Shown one piece after another: positions 39,832 through 48,520 of a stretch of 64,000 bases of DNA. Source of the stretch: a virus; IMG/VR virus record IMGVR_UViG_3300013286_000010, positions 19,093-83,092 of that record; one strand, given 5' to 3'. A program made the translations under genes and the position numbers. Every line of letters begins with the position of its first letter. Position 1 is the stretch's first letter. The notes under the pieces were generated by a model. That model made no database searches and had not been told where the DNA came from. It saw only the letters and a program-made list of their open reading frames with translations.

Positions 39832-40109
39832 CAAAACTTGATTATAGCAAAACTAATAAAAGTGACACAGCTTTCTTAAATGATCCGTTTTGGACCAATC
39901 CAAAGGCGGGTTTTGATAAAGCATGGCATGAACAAAGAAATAAACTCAGGCAACATTTAGGCATACACAAAGAACATGATTGGGAAATCATTAACGAACC
40001 CACTGGTCCACATGCAGGCAAAGTAGTCTGTAACACTTGCAAGAGCAAAAAAGGCAAAAGTATGTTCGTATCATGGCTTCCCAAAGGTTATATATCATCT
40101 AACACCTAA
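39828..40109 (+). CDS. Small putative Zn-binding protein (93 aa)
   Basis: ATG 39828 overlaps the GIY-YIG stop (ATGA). Contains H..H...GPHAGKVVCNTC...FVSWL. Confidence 0.65.
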   Translation: MTKLDYSKTNKSDTAFLNDPFWTNPKAGFDKAWHEQRNKLRQHLGIHKEHDWEIINEPTGPHAGKVVCNTCKSKKGKSMFVSWLPKGYISSNT

Positions 40110-40575
40110 GGCTGGCGGGCCGGTTTGTAATACCGCTGTGGAAAAACCGGGGAATAACCGGACACGTGACATATTGAGACACTCCCCTAGGTAGATCCTA
40201 GTATCCTGAAAAATTGGAAGTGAGTATGAGAGCGCGAACCCTAATGCTCGACGTATTGATATAGTATGAATGTTAGCATACGAAAAACCGTGCTATAAAC
40301 ACTTAGACATTAGGAACGAGGTCTAAGACGCATTATGCGAGTCGATGTAGGTTGGGAAAGATCAGAGCCCATTAGCAACACGGTAAAACACCTATTTCCA
40401 ATGTCTCGGCTGTGACAACTCACATGAAGACAAAAAGATGGAACCGTGCAAAACGGTTCCGTCTGACTAAAACAATCTACATGAATTTAAAAACACTTCG
40501 TGTATATCATAATAAGTAAAAACAAACAACTGCTATGAGCGATTAGCGAAAGAGCAAGTGAACGTAGTTCACTTT
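40110..40575 (+). ncRNA. Candidate large structured non-coding RNA (family unrecognised; strand assumed)
   Basis: ORF-free interval with more than 10 local and long-range complementary segments, several containing G.U pairs on the + strand (see findings). Confidence 0.55.
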
Positions 40576-40586
40576 AATAGATTGAC

Positions 40587-40594
40587 TATAAATA
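40587..40594 (+). promoter_or_regulatory. T4-type late promoter TATAAATA
   Basis: Exact consensus upstream of the AAAGGA RBS and ATG 40624. Confidence 0.75.
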
Positions 40595-40623
40595 AAAGAT
40601 CGTAATCCCCAAAGGAATAATAT

Positions 40624-41223
40624 ATGAAGATTGAACAGTTAATTAAAGCAGTAAATGAATCCGCAAGTAATGAGGATTTTAATGCAATGTCTCAAAAAGC
40701 TAATGCTATCAAACAGCAACAGGGTGTTACAAAACCAACAGGTACGGTTCTTCCTTTTCCTAAAACTACCACAGCTACTCCTGGTCCTGCGGGAACTACA
40801 GGTCCAAGTGCTTTAGATAAATTTAAGCAGGGAGCTAGCGCAGTTGGTTCTGCTATTAAAACAGGTGCCCAAGCTGTAGCTAAAAACGCTCCAGCAGTTG
40901 GTCAAGGGGTTAGCAATGTTGCCCAAGGGTTAGGCACAGCAGGTACAGGTATTGTTAAAGGTGCTGGAGATATTGCCAGTCAAGCAGTTGGTGGCGCAAC
41001 ACAAGCAGTCGGTGCCGGTCTAGGTGGTATTGTTCATGGATACAAAGCTGCTCGTGGTGGACAACAATTTGGCGGAGGTGGTACTGCTGGAACTCCTAGT
41101 TCGGCAGGTGCTCCAAGTACACCTAGTTCTGCAGGTGCCGCAGCAGGCGGTAATGACGAGATGGATCAGTTAAGATCTACACTACAGACAATGGATCAAA
41201 GACTACGCAGGGCAGGTATTTAA
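40624..41223 (+). CDS. Gly/Ala-rich late protein, possible head internal protein
   Basis: 199 aa with a late promoter and RBS. Confidence 0.7.
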   Translation: MKIEQLIKAVNESASNEDFNAMSQKANAIKQQQGVTKPTGTVLPFPKTTTATPGPAGTTGPSALDKFKQGASAVGSAIKTGAQAVAKNAPAVGQGVSNVAQGLGTAGTGIVKGAGDIASQAVGGATQAVGAGLGGIVHGYKAARGGQQFGGGGTAGTPSSAGAPSTPSSAGAAAGGNDEMDQLRSTLQTMDQRLRRAGI

Positions 41224-41447
41224 AAGAAAGGAAGCTGACTTTCTTTTGTAGTTTCGAGATTTTCTTTAACAATCTCACTTATTATTTCTCTCTCACCTAC
41301 ATCTAGCATATATGCTTGCTCAAAGTTTAATGAGCCACGCATGAACCACGCTAGTTTATAAAGTTCTTTCTTTAAGGCTTTTGACTCTTTATCTAATTTT
41401 TCGACTTCTCTATGGATTTCTTCCATAGACATAGTCAAAAGCCTCAT
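41220..41447 (-). CDS. Putative baseplate hub assembly protein (gp51-like)
   Basis: 75 aa coupled to the gp26-like gene, with L.WFMRG.L....AY.L...ERE motif. Confidence 0.55.
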   Translation of the reverse strand: MRLLTMSMEEIHREVEKLDKESKALKKELYKLAWFMRGSLNFEQAYMLDVGEREIISEIVKENLETTKESQLPFF

Positions 41448-42313
41448 GCGAAAAAATCAGAATCGTTAAAGTTAATGGGAACTGTGTAAGTAGCAGGTGC
41501 ACCTAGAGCCTGCTGTTCTTCGGTAGTGGCAAACTCGAGTGGCTTCAATTCGTTATTTTTCTTTAGCTCATTAAGATGATTCTGTACTGTTTCAAAAATA
41601 CTCTTATCAGCATTAGAAACGAACTCTGAAATATAACGCTTTTCAGTTACTTCACCGTCTGCCGTAATGATCTTATATACACTTTCAGATAATAAATCAA
41701 CTGTAACTTTGGTCAAGTTATTGAAGCTGTTATTGAACATTTCTAATTTCTTTTCATCGGAAATGCTTTCGTCGTTAACCATATTGAGAATTCTGGTTGT
41801 TTCAAAACTCTTAATGTTGGTCTGCGTCATATGACGATAGGTCAACGGCTTAACACATATAATAAAATCTGGACTGATTGCAACTTGATCAATCCAATAG
41901 TTACTTTGTTGCTGATCTAACAACATTCTTAAATCAATTTCGTATTCAACATCTTCTGTTGTGTTGGGAATTTTATGCGTAAACGGCATCTTTGCACCGT
42001 AGGTTGCTAGACGGATAGCAATCAATATAGTATCTAAATCTAGTGTAGGAGTTAACCAAGCATCTTTAATATTGGGCATACAACTTTGAATAACATCCAC
42101 AACTGCCTGACCGTTCATTAATGCATCGGGTGTTTTAAACAACAGCTCATCTCGAGCCGTCATGGAGAAAACAGGAAACTCACAGTTCTCGGGGATAACA
42201 ATACTGCCTTTGGGCCAAAACTCTCCTCCGCTAGGCAGTTTGATATAGATCTTTGGCTGGCGCATATAATTGGCCAGTGGATTGATTCTTGGTTGGAACG
42301 TTGGGGTTTGCAT
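41444..42313 (-). CDS. Baseplate hub assembly protein (gp26-like)
   Basis: P.IYIKLPS.G...MTARDEL...VIQSC....DLD.ILIAIR, ending DFFA. Confidence 0.75.
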   Translation of the reverse strand: MQTPTFQPRINPLANYMRQPKIYIKLPSGGEFWPKGSIVIPENCEFPVFSMTARDELLFKTPDALMNGQAVVDVIQSCMPNIKDAWLTPTLDLDTILIAIRLATYGAKMPFTHKIPNTTEDVEYEIDLRMLLDQQQSNYWIDQVAISPDFIICVKPLTYRHMTQTNIKSFETTRILNMVNDESISDEKKLEMFNNSFNNLTKVTVDLLSESVYKIITADGEVTEKRYISEFVSNADKSIFETVQNHLNELKKNNELKPLEFATTEEQQALGAPATYTVPINFNDSDFFA

Positions 42314-42324
42314 TTTTTATCTCC

Positions 42325-42332
42325 GATAAATA
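42325..42332 (+). promoter_or_regulatory. Late promoter (GATAAATA) for the tape-measure gene
   Basis: Intergenic, upstream of ATG 42391. Confidence 0.55.
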
Positions 42333-42355
42333 AACTATATATGGATATTCTCTTT

Positions 42356-42363
42356 TATTTATC
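42356..42363 (-). promoter_or_regulatory. Late promoter (GATAAATA) for the gp26-like gene
   Basis: Minus-strand copy upstream of the GGAG RBS and ATG 42313. Confidence 0.55.
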
Positions 42364-42390
42364 TATACACTTAATGATGGTTTTTAATCT

Positions 42391-44670
42391 ATGAACGGCG
42401 CAACCGAAGCAACACAAGCAGAACTATTAGCTACTGCCCAAGCCATGAATGTCAATCTAATTAAACTTCAAGGTTTGTTGGGTGGTGCAAGAGGCGCTGG
42501 CGGATCCGGGGGTGGTGTTGCAGGATTAGCGGCCGCAGCAGGGCCCGCTGGGTTAGCAATGAAAGCATTAAGTGGTGCTAGCAGTGTAGTATCTGGATTA
42601 TTTTCAGCTATGGGCAATATCATAGGAAAAGTTATTGGCGGGTTGGCCAACACTGCAAGTAATCTTTTTAACTTTGCCAAAGCTGCTGCAAACGGCACAG
42701 CTAAATTAAGCGATTTTTATGATGCCTTTAAAGACTTACCATTCTTTGTAGGCGAAGTTGCAAGTATATTTGCTAGTATTGTTCGATACTCTGAAGGGTT
42801 ATTAGCGTCATACAGAGACATGACCAAAGCAGGTGCAAGTTTCAGTGGCGACTTATTTGTTATGGCGCAAATGGCAACTAGGGGTTATTTGTCTCTACAA
42901 GAATTTAGCAAAATAGTTCGTGCAAATTCTGAAATATTCAGCACCCTAGGCGGCAATGTTGAATCGGGCATGGGTAAGTTTGTAGATGTGCAAAACAAGC
43001 TAATGGGTCCGGGTAGTGCATATTCTAAAAGTATTTTAGGATTAGGTTTTACTGCTGAAGAAACTGCCGATGTATTAGCATCTGTAATGAATTTACAAGG
43101 CAACTTGAACAAGAAAGAACTTGCAAACAATGATAAAGTTGCTGCCAGTGTCAATAATGTTATTAACGAAATGGACCTGTATGCAAAACTAACAGGCAAG
43201 ACTAGAGAAGATCAAGAAAAAGCATTAAAGAAAGCATCGTTTGATAATGCATGGAAAACATTTACACAAGGATTAAATCCAGATCAAGCTGCATCAGCAA
43301 CATTGGCTGTAGACAGAGCACTGCAAGAAGGTGGAGAAGGTGCCTCTGATAATTTAAGACAAATGTTTATGACTGGTGGAGCAATTTCTACACCTATAAC
43401 TGATGCAGCAAAAGCATTTTATGTGCAGACTCAAGGTGCAGGTGATGAGTATACTCGTGCATTGTTTGATTCTGTAATGAATATGAAAGCAGGTAGTAAA
43501 GAGCAGGCAGTTGCACAGGCAAAGGCAAGAACTCTCATTGCTGATCAATACAACGATTACATATCTAAATTTGGACCAATGGGTGGTTTGTTAAGTGTAA
43601 TGGGCAACAAATTTGTTAACAATGCAAACTTAATGGGCAACGCATTAAAGAACGGCGGACTTTCCGCTGATCAGAATGCAAAAAGAGTTGACGATGCATC
43701 GAAACAACAGGCTAAACAAGCAACAGGGACTGCGGCAGCATTAGGAGAAGCTGGATTGAATATTAAAAACTTTGGTATCATGATAATGGGTTTAGTTAAC
43801 ACTATTATTGGACCTATTGCTGGAGAATTAATTAACGTTGGACAAGAGATAACAACTGCACTATTGCCAGTGATGAAATCAGTTGCAGCGTGGTTCAAGA
43901 CAGCAGTTACTGATTTAAGAGGGGCGTTTGACACAGGCGGATTCTCTGGTCTAATGAAGAAGTTTGGTGAAAAAATTACTGAAGGAGCAGGAAATGTGTG
44001 GACATTTATAAAACCAATTTGGTTAGAGCACATACAACCTGCATTGGAAAGTGCGTTTAAATCAATAATGGATTTCTTACAACCATATTTTAAATCTGCA
44101 ATGGATCAAGTATCCGATATGCTTAATGCTTGGGTATATACCTTGCCAGGCGGTAACAAAGTGTTCAATGCAGAGGATCCTGAACAACGGGCTAAACGAC
44201 GACAATATGAACAGGCGCTTGCCGAAGATGATGCAAAAATTAAATCTTTAAAAGATCAAATAGAAGCTAATAGATCTGCTATGGGGGCCGACCGTCGATT
44301 AGATGTCAATCCTGAATATAAAAGAACAATCTCTAGATTACAAGAGTTACTGGAAGGTGCAGAATTTAAAAGAAGAGCAGATGCAGAAATGGCTAGACCT
44401 GGAAAACGACATTCCGGAACAATTGGAATGACTGGAAATTGGTGGGAGAAAGCTGATACAACGGTTAATATACAGCAAGGTGAATCAGTAGTTACACAGT
44501 CCCAAATGGATCAAATTGTTAATACAGCAAGTCAGAACGGTGTTGCACAGGCGCTACAACAGTTAAATAGCTTAACTGCACAATTGTTAAGGCAAGCAAA
44601 GGATACTGCCGAAAATACTAGATTGACTCACGAAGCAACTAGAAGATTAGATGGTAATTTATTTGCATAA
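42391..44670 (+). CDS. Putative tape measure protein
   Basis: 759 aa, Ala/Gly-rich helical, with LAKLTGK.RE-type motif. Adjacent to the gp26/gp51-like genes. Confidence 0.7.
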   Translation: MNGATEATQAELLATAQAMNVNLIKLQGLLGGARGAGGSGGGVAGLAAAAGPAGLAMKALSGASSVVSGLFSAMGNIIGKVIGGLANTASNLFNFAKAAANGTAKLSDFYDAFKDLPFFVGEVASIFASIVRYSEGLLASYRDMTKAGASFSGDLFVMAQMATRGYLSLQEFSKIVRANSEIFSTLGGNVESGMGKFVDVQNKLMGPGSAYSKSILGLGFTAEETADVLASVMNLQGNLNKKELANNDKVAASVNNVINEMDLYAKLTGKTREDQEKALKKASFDNAWKTFTQGLNPDQAASATLAVDRALQEGGEGASDNLRQMFMTGGAISTPITDAAKAFYVQTQGAGDEYTRALFDSVMNMKAGSKEQAVAQAKARTLIADQYNDYISKFGPMGGLLSVMGNKFVNNANLMGNALKNGGLSADQNAKRVDDASKQQAKQATGTAAALGEAGLNIKNFGIMIMGLVNTIIGPIAGELINVGQEITTALLPVMKSVAAWFKTAVTDLRGAFDTGGFSGLMKKFGEKITEGAGNVWTFIKPIWLEHIQPALESAFKSIMDFLQPYFKSAMDQVSDMLNAWVYTLPGGNKVFNAEDPEQRAKRRQYEQALAEDDAKIKSLKDQIEANRSAMGADRRLDVNPEYKRTISRLQELLEGAEFKRRADAEMARPGKRHSGTIGMTGNWWEKADTTVNIQQGESVVTQSQMDQIVNTASQNGVAQALQQLNSLTAQLLRQAKDTAENTRLTHEATRRLDGNLFA

Positions 44671-44685
44671 GATAAGAGATAATAT

Positions 44686-46419
44686 ATGGCAACTTGGAAA
44701 AAATACTTCACCCCCGTTAATACATCAGGTAAACTGAGCCCAGTTAGCGGCAGCATGGGAGGCGGTGGTAGCAATCCTAGCAGAACAAACTATTCTAGCT
44801 ATTTGCCCGATGTATATGCTGGTCATCCAAACCGGTTAGAGCGTTACGGTCAATATGATACAATGGATACAGACAGTGAAGTTAACGCCGCCCTTGATAT
44901 CCTAGCAGAGTTCTGTAGTCAAACCAATGACGAAAACAAAACACCATTTAGTGTTTATTTTAAAGAAAAAGCCACTGCTACTGAAATTAAGATTATTAAA
45001 AAGTATCTACAACAGTGGACTAAACTAAACAAATTTGACACACGCATCTTTAAAATTGTTCGCAATGCGTTCAAATACGGTGATGTATTCTTTGTCCGTG
45101 ACCCAGAAACACAGAGCTGGATGTATATTGATCCTGCTAAAGTAGATAAGATCATTGTTAACGAATCGGAAGGTAAGAAGCCCGAACAATATATGATTCG
45201 TGACTTTAATCCTAACTTAGAAACACTGGCAACTACAGCTATTAACCCAAGTAACTTACACGGTGGTGGCAGTAGTTTTGGCGGCAGTTATGGTACGGGT
45301 CAAGGCGGTGCTGGGGGATCACGCGGCATGGTTGGTTCATTTCCGACCAGCACTAACAGCAGTAGATTTGCAGAGAATCAAAATCAATACGCAATTGATG
45401 CACGACATGTAATCCATATTTCAATGAGCGAAGGGTTAGACAACAACTTTCCTTTTGGCAACAGTTTGATGGAAAGTATCTTTAAAGTATTCAAACAAAA
45501 AGAATTATTAGAAGACGCTATCATTATCTATCGTGTACAACGTGCTCCTGAACGCAGAGTATTCTATATTGACGTTGGTAATATGCCAAGTCACTTGGCA
45601 ATGAGCTTTGTAGAACGTGTTAAAAACGAAGTAAATCAACGCCGTATTCCAAGTACAACAGGTGGAAGTCAGAGTGTTGTGGATGCTGGATATAACCCGT
45701 TAAGCATTAACGAAGATTACTTCTTCCCGCAAACAGCAGAAGGTCGCGGCAGTAAAGTTGAGATCCTACCAGGAGGAACTAACCTAGGAGAGATTGATGA
45801 TCTTAAGTATTTTACTAATAAGCTGTTCCGTGCTCTACGCATACCTAGTTCTTATCTACCTACCGGCAGTGACGATGGAGGATCTAACTTCAATGATGGT
45901 CGTGTTGGAACAGCCTACATCCAAGAATTGCGATTCAACAAGTACTGCGAGCGTCTCCAAAGTCTGTTAAATGGTCCTTTTGACACAGAATTTAAAGTAT
46001 ATTTGCACACCAAAGGCATTAATATTGACAGTAATATCTTTGATGTTCAGTTCAATCCTCCACAAAACTTTGCATCATATCGTCAAAGTGAGATGGATAC
46101 TGCCCGTGTTGCAACCTATTCTACCATGGCTGCTGTGCCGCATATCAGCAAACGCTTTGCACTAAAACGCTTCTTAGGCCTAAGTGCAGAAGAGATTGCA
46201 GAAAACGAAAGCCTATGGAAAGAAGAGAATATTGATGAAGATACTGCATTAAGTGCTAATGCTGAACTACGTAATGCAGGTATTACTGCTAACGGTATGG
46301 CTGGTGATTTGAGTGATTTAAGCAGTGCAGCACCACCTCCGCCTGCTCCGGGTGAAGAAGGAATGGAAGAACCAGGCATGGATCAAGCTGCGGCAACACC
46401 GTCTGCTCCTCCGGCTTAA
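44686..46419 (+). CDS. Portal protein, T4 gp20-like
   Basis: LLEDAIIIYRVQRAPERRVFYIDVGNMP, EDYFFP...GRGSKVEILPGG.NLGEIDDL.YF and ELRF.KY. Confidence 0.95.
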   Translation: MATWKKYFTPVNTSGKLSPVSGSMGGGGSNPSRTNYSSYLPDVYAGHPNRLERYGQYDTMDTDSEVNAALDILAEFCSQTNDENKTPFSVYFKEKATATEIKIIKKYLQQWTKLNKFDTRIFKIVRNAFKYGDVFFVRDPETQSWMYIDPAKVDKIIVNESEGKKPEQYMIRDFNPNLETLATTAINPSNLHGGGSSFGGSYGTGQGGAGGSRGMVGSFPTSTNSSRFAENQNQYAIDARHVIHISMSEGLDNNFPFGNSLMESIFKVFKQKELLEDAIIIYRVQRAPERRVFYIDVGNMPSHLAMSFVERVKNEVNQRRIPSTTGGSQSVVDAGYNPLSINEDYFFPQTAEGRGSKVEILPGGTNLGEIDDLKYFTNKLFRALRIPSSYLPTGSDDGGSNFNDGRVGTAYIQELRFNKYCERLQSLLNGPFDTEFKVYLHTKGINIDSNIFDVQFNPPQNFASYRQSEMDTARVATYSTMAAVPHISKRFALKRFLGLSAEEIAENESLWKEENIDEDTALSANAELRNAGITANGMAGDLSDLSSAAPPPPAPGEEGMEEPGMDQAAATPSAPPA

Positions 46420-46421
46420 TG

Positions 46422-46429
46422 AATAAATA
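46422..46429 (+). promoter_or_regulatory. Late promoter (AATAAATA), 5 nt before ATG
   Basis: TAAATA-AGTCT-ATG. Confidence 0.6.
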
Positions 46430-46434
46430 AGTCT

Positions 46435-46680
46435 ATGCTATTAAGAGAATTCATTTACTTTGACAAGGATCATGCAGATCCGCAAGACGATAACCGGTAT
46501 TTAAGTCAAAATGATACCAGCGTTCTGCGTAAGTCTGACCTACGCAAGACTCGTTTAACATTGAAAATGTTGAATGATCTACGCAAAGCAGGTGATGCTA
46601 GAGAGAAAGAACAAAAAGAAGAACGCGGTTTAATTAGAAAGATGTATGAGATGCCTCCGCCGGAAGCAGCGGCTGCATAA
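46435..46680 (+). CDS. Small head-module protein
   Basis: 81-aa ORF between portal and core genes. Confidence 0.75.
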   Translation: MLLREFIYFDKDHADPQDDNRYLSQNDTSVLRKSDLRKTRLTLKMLNDLRKAGDAREKEQKEERGLIRKMYEMPPPEAAAA

Positions 46681-46814
46681 ACTGATAGTTTAACTTTTTG
46701 TATCAGCAACTAAATATTTTTAACAAAATTATGTCAATTCAGAGTCAAACTCTGCCTCCTTTAGTCTAAAACGGCTCGTTTTAGGCCTATTTCGTATAAG
46801 TATATCAGAACGGC

Positions 46815-46822
46815 CGTAAATA
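46815..46822 (+). promoter_or_regulatory. Late promoter (CGTAAATA) for head core operon
   Basis: Upstream of the AAGGAG RBS and ATG 46863. Confidence 0.55.
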
Positions 46823-46862
46823 CGTTACAGCCTTGCCGCTACCTATTAAGGAGAATTTATTA

Positions 46863-47861
46863 ATGTCTACAAAATTTGAACAACTGTTAGACCTTCTAGT
46901 CAATGAAGAACATGAACAAGCCAATGAACTTTTTCATGATATCGTCGTTGAAATGTCTAGAGGTATCTACGAAAACCTAATCGCTGAAGAAGCAGATGAG
47001 GAAGAAGAAATGGATGAGTCCGCAGAGGACGACGAAGAAGAAATGGATGAGTCATCTGAAGAAGAAGACGAGTCTGTTGAAGAAAACATGGATCTAGAAG
47101 ATTCGTACAGCATGGAAGCAGATCCAGATGATGGCTTCGGTGGTGGCGAAGAAGGTGATGCCACTGATGATCTAGGCGCTGAAATTGGTGCCGATGGTGA
47201 TGATATGGGTGGAGAAGAAGGTGGCGAAGACGCTGCTATCTTTGATATCAAGAACGCTATTGCTGAACTAGAAGCTGCATTTGCACAACTAGAAAAAGCC
47301 CAAGGCAGCGAAGAAGCTGGTATGGGAATGGACGGTGATGACAACATGGGCATGGACGGCGAAGATGAGCCAGAAGACGAAATGATGGGCATGGGAATGC
47401 AAGAAGGTCGTCGCGTTACACGTGAATACGTTGAAAAAGTTGGAAACGACTGGGATAAGTCTGGAAGCCAAAAAGCACAAGGTCAATACCTAGGTGCTGG
47501 TACTGGTGAGAAAGATGGTGCTCCGGTTGAAGGCCGTAGCCCAATCAGCTCTGGTAAAGGTAAGCCTAATACAGGCGCTAATGCTAGTAACATTCTAAAG
47601 CCAGCTACAGAGCCAGGCACAAACACAGGAACAAGCCCAGCTGGTAAAGCAGGCGGTTTCTTGAGCGCAGCTAAAGATATGAACACAGGTAACGGTAATG
47701 TTCCTGGCGGCAAGATGGGTGTTAAAAACCTAGCTAAAGTTGCTGGCGGACACGGTGCCGAGAAGAAGGGCAGTGGTCCTGGTCCAGTAGGTTCTGGTAA
47801 AGGCGATAAAGCCGGCCAGACTGATGTTCCAAAAATTCCGCAGTTCTTAAAGAAGCTATAA
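46863..47861 (+). CDS. Highly acidic prohead core protein (gp67/gp68-like position)
   Basis: ATG 46863 with AAGGAG RBS, in frame with the 46833 ORF. Glu/Asp-rich N-terminal half, Gly/Lys-rich C-terminal half. Confidence 0.75.
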   Translation: MSTKFEQLLDLLVNEEHEQANELFHDIVVEMSRGIYENLIAEEADEEEEMDESAEDDEEEMDESSEEEDESVEENMDLEDSYSMEADPDDGFGGGEEGDATDDLGAEIGADGDDMGGEEGGEDAAIFDIKNAIAELEAAFAQLEKAQGSEEAGMGMDGDDNMGMDGEDEPEDEMMGMGMQEGRRVTREYVEKVGNDWDKSGSQKAQGQYLGAGTGEKDGAPVEGRSPISSGKGKPNTGANASNILKPATEPGTNTGTSPAGKAGGFLSAAKDMNTGNGNVPGGKMGVKNLAKVAGGHGAEKKGSGPGPVGSGKGDKAGQTDVPKIPQFLKKL

Positions 47862-47874
47862 TTAGAGAATTAGG

Positions 47875-48504
47875 ATGAAAGTATCTTACTTAAGAGAACA
47901 CCTGAGTTTTGATCAGTCCGGCATCGTAATGGAGTCGGACGACAAGGATGGTAAAAGCCTTTACCTAAAAGGTATTGCTATCCAAGGTGGAATTCGCAAC
48001 GCGAATCAACGAGTCTACCCAGTAGATGAAATTGAACGTGCTGTAAAGACACTTAATGATCAATTACAAAACGGGTATTCTGTACTTGGTGAAGTTGATC
48101 ATCCTGATGATTTAAAAGTGAATTTGGACCGCGTATCCCATATGATTACTCAAATGTGGATGGAAGGTCCTAATGGATATGGAAAGATGAAAATCCTTCC
48201 TACGCCAATGGGCAATTTAGTACGCACGATGCTTGAAAGCGGTGTAAAACTTGGTGTTAGTTCTCGTGGTAGCGGCAACGTAAACGACGGAAACGGCCAT
48301 GTATCAGATTTTGAGATTATTACGGTGGACGTAGTTGCACAACCAAGTGCTCCTGGCGCTTATCCTACTCCTGTTTATGAGCATCTCATGAACACAAGAG
48401 GTGGAATGAGAGCATATACAGTAGCAACAGAAGTAAAAGAAGATCCAAAGGCCCAGAAATATTTGCAAGAATCCCTTTTGCAAATTATTAAAGGTCTAAA
48501 ATAA
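47875..48504 (+). CDS. Prohead protease, T4 gp21-like
   Basis: N.NQRVYP, LGEVDHP, VSH.I, TPMG, LGVSSRGSG and D.VAQPSAPGAY. Confidence 0.95.
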   Translation: MKVSYLREHLSFDQSGIVMESDDKDGKSLYLKGIAIQGGIRNANQRVYPVDEIERAVKTLNDQLQNGYSVLGEVDHPDDLKVNLDRVSHMITQMWMEGPNGYGKMKILPTPMGNLVRTMLESGVKLGVSSRGSGNVNDGNGHVSDFEIITVDVVAQPSAPGAYPTPVYEHLMNTRGGMRAYTVATEVKEDPKAQKYLQESLLQIIKGLK

Positions 48505-48520
48505 GCCCGAGGAGAAATAA

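Noticed and set aside
40110-40575. Group I/II intron, tmRNA, RNase P RNA or tRNA
   Set aside because: There is no interrupted host gene, and I could not find convincing P7 (R/S) elements, a domain V, tRNA-like ends or the GAGGAAAGUCC motif. It is left as an unclassified RNA candidate.
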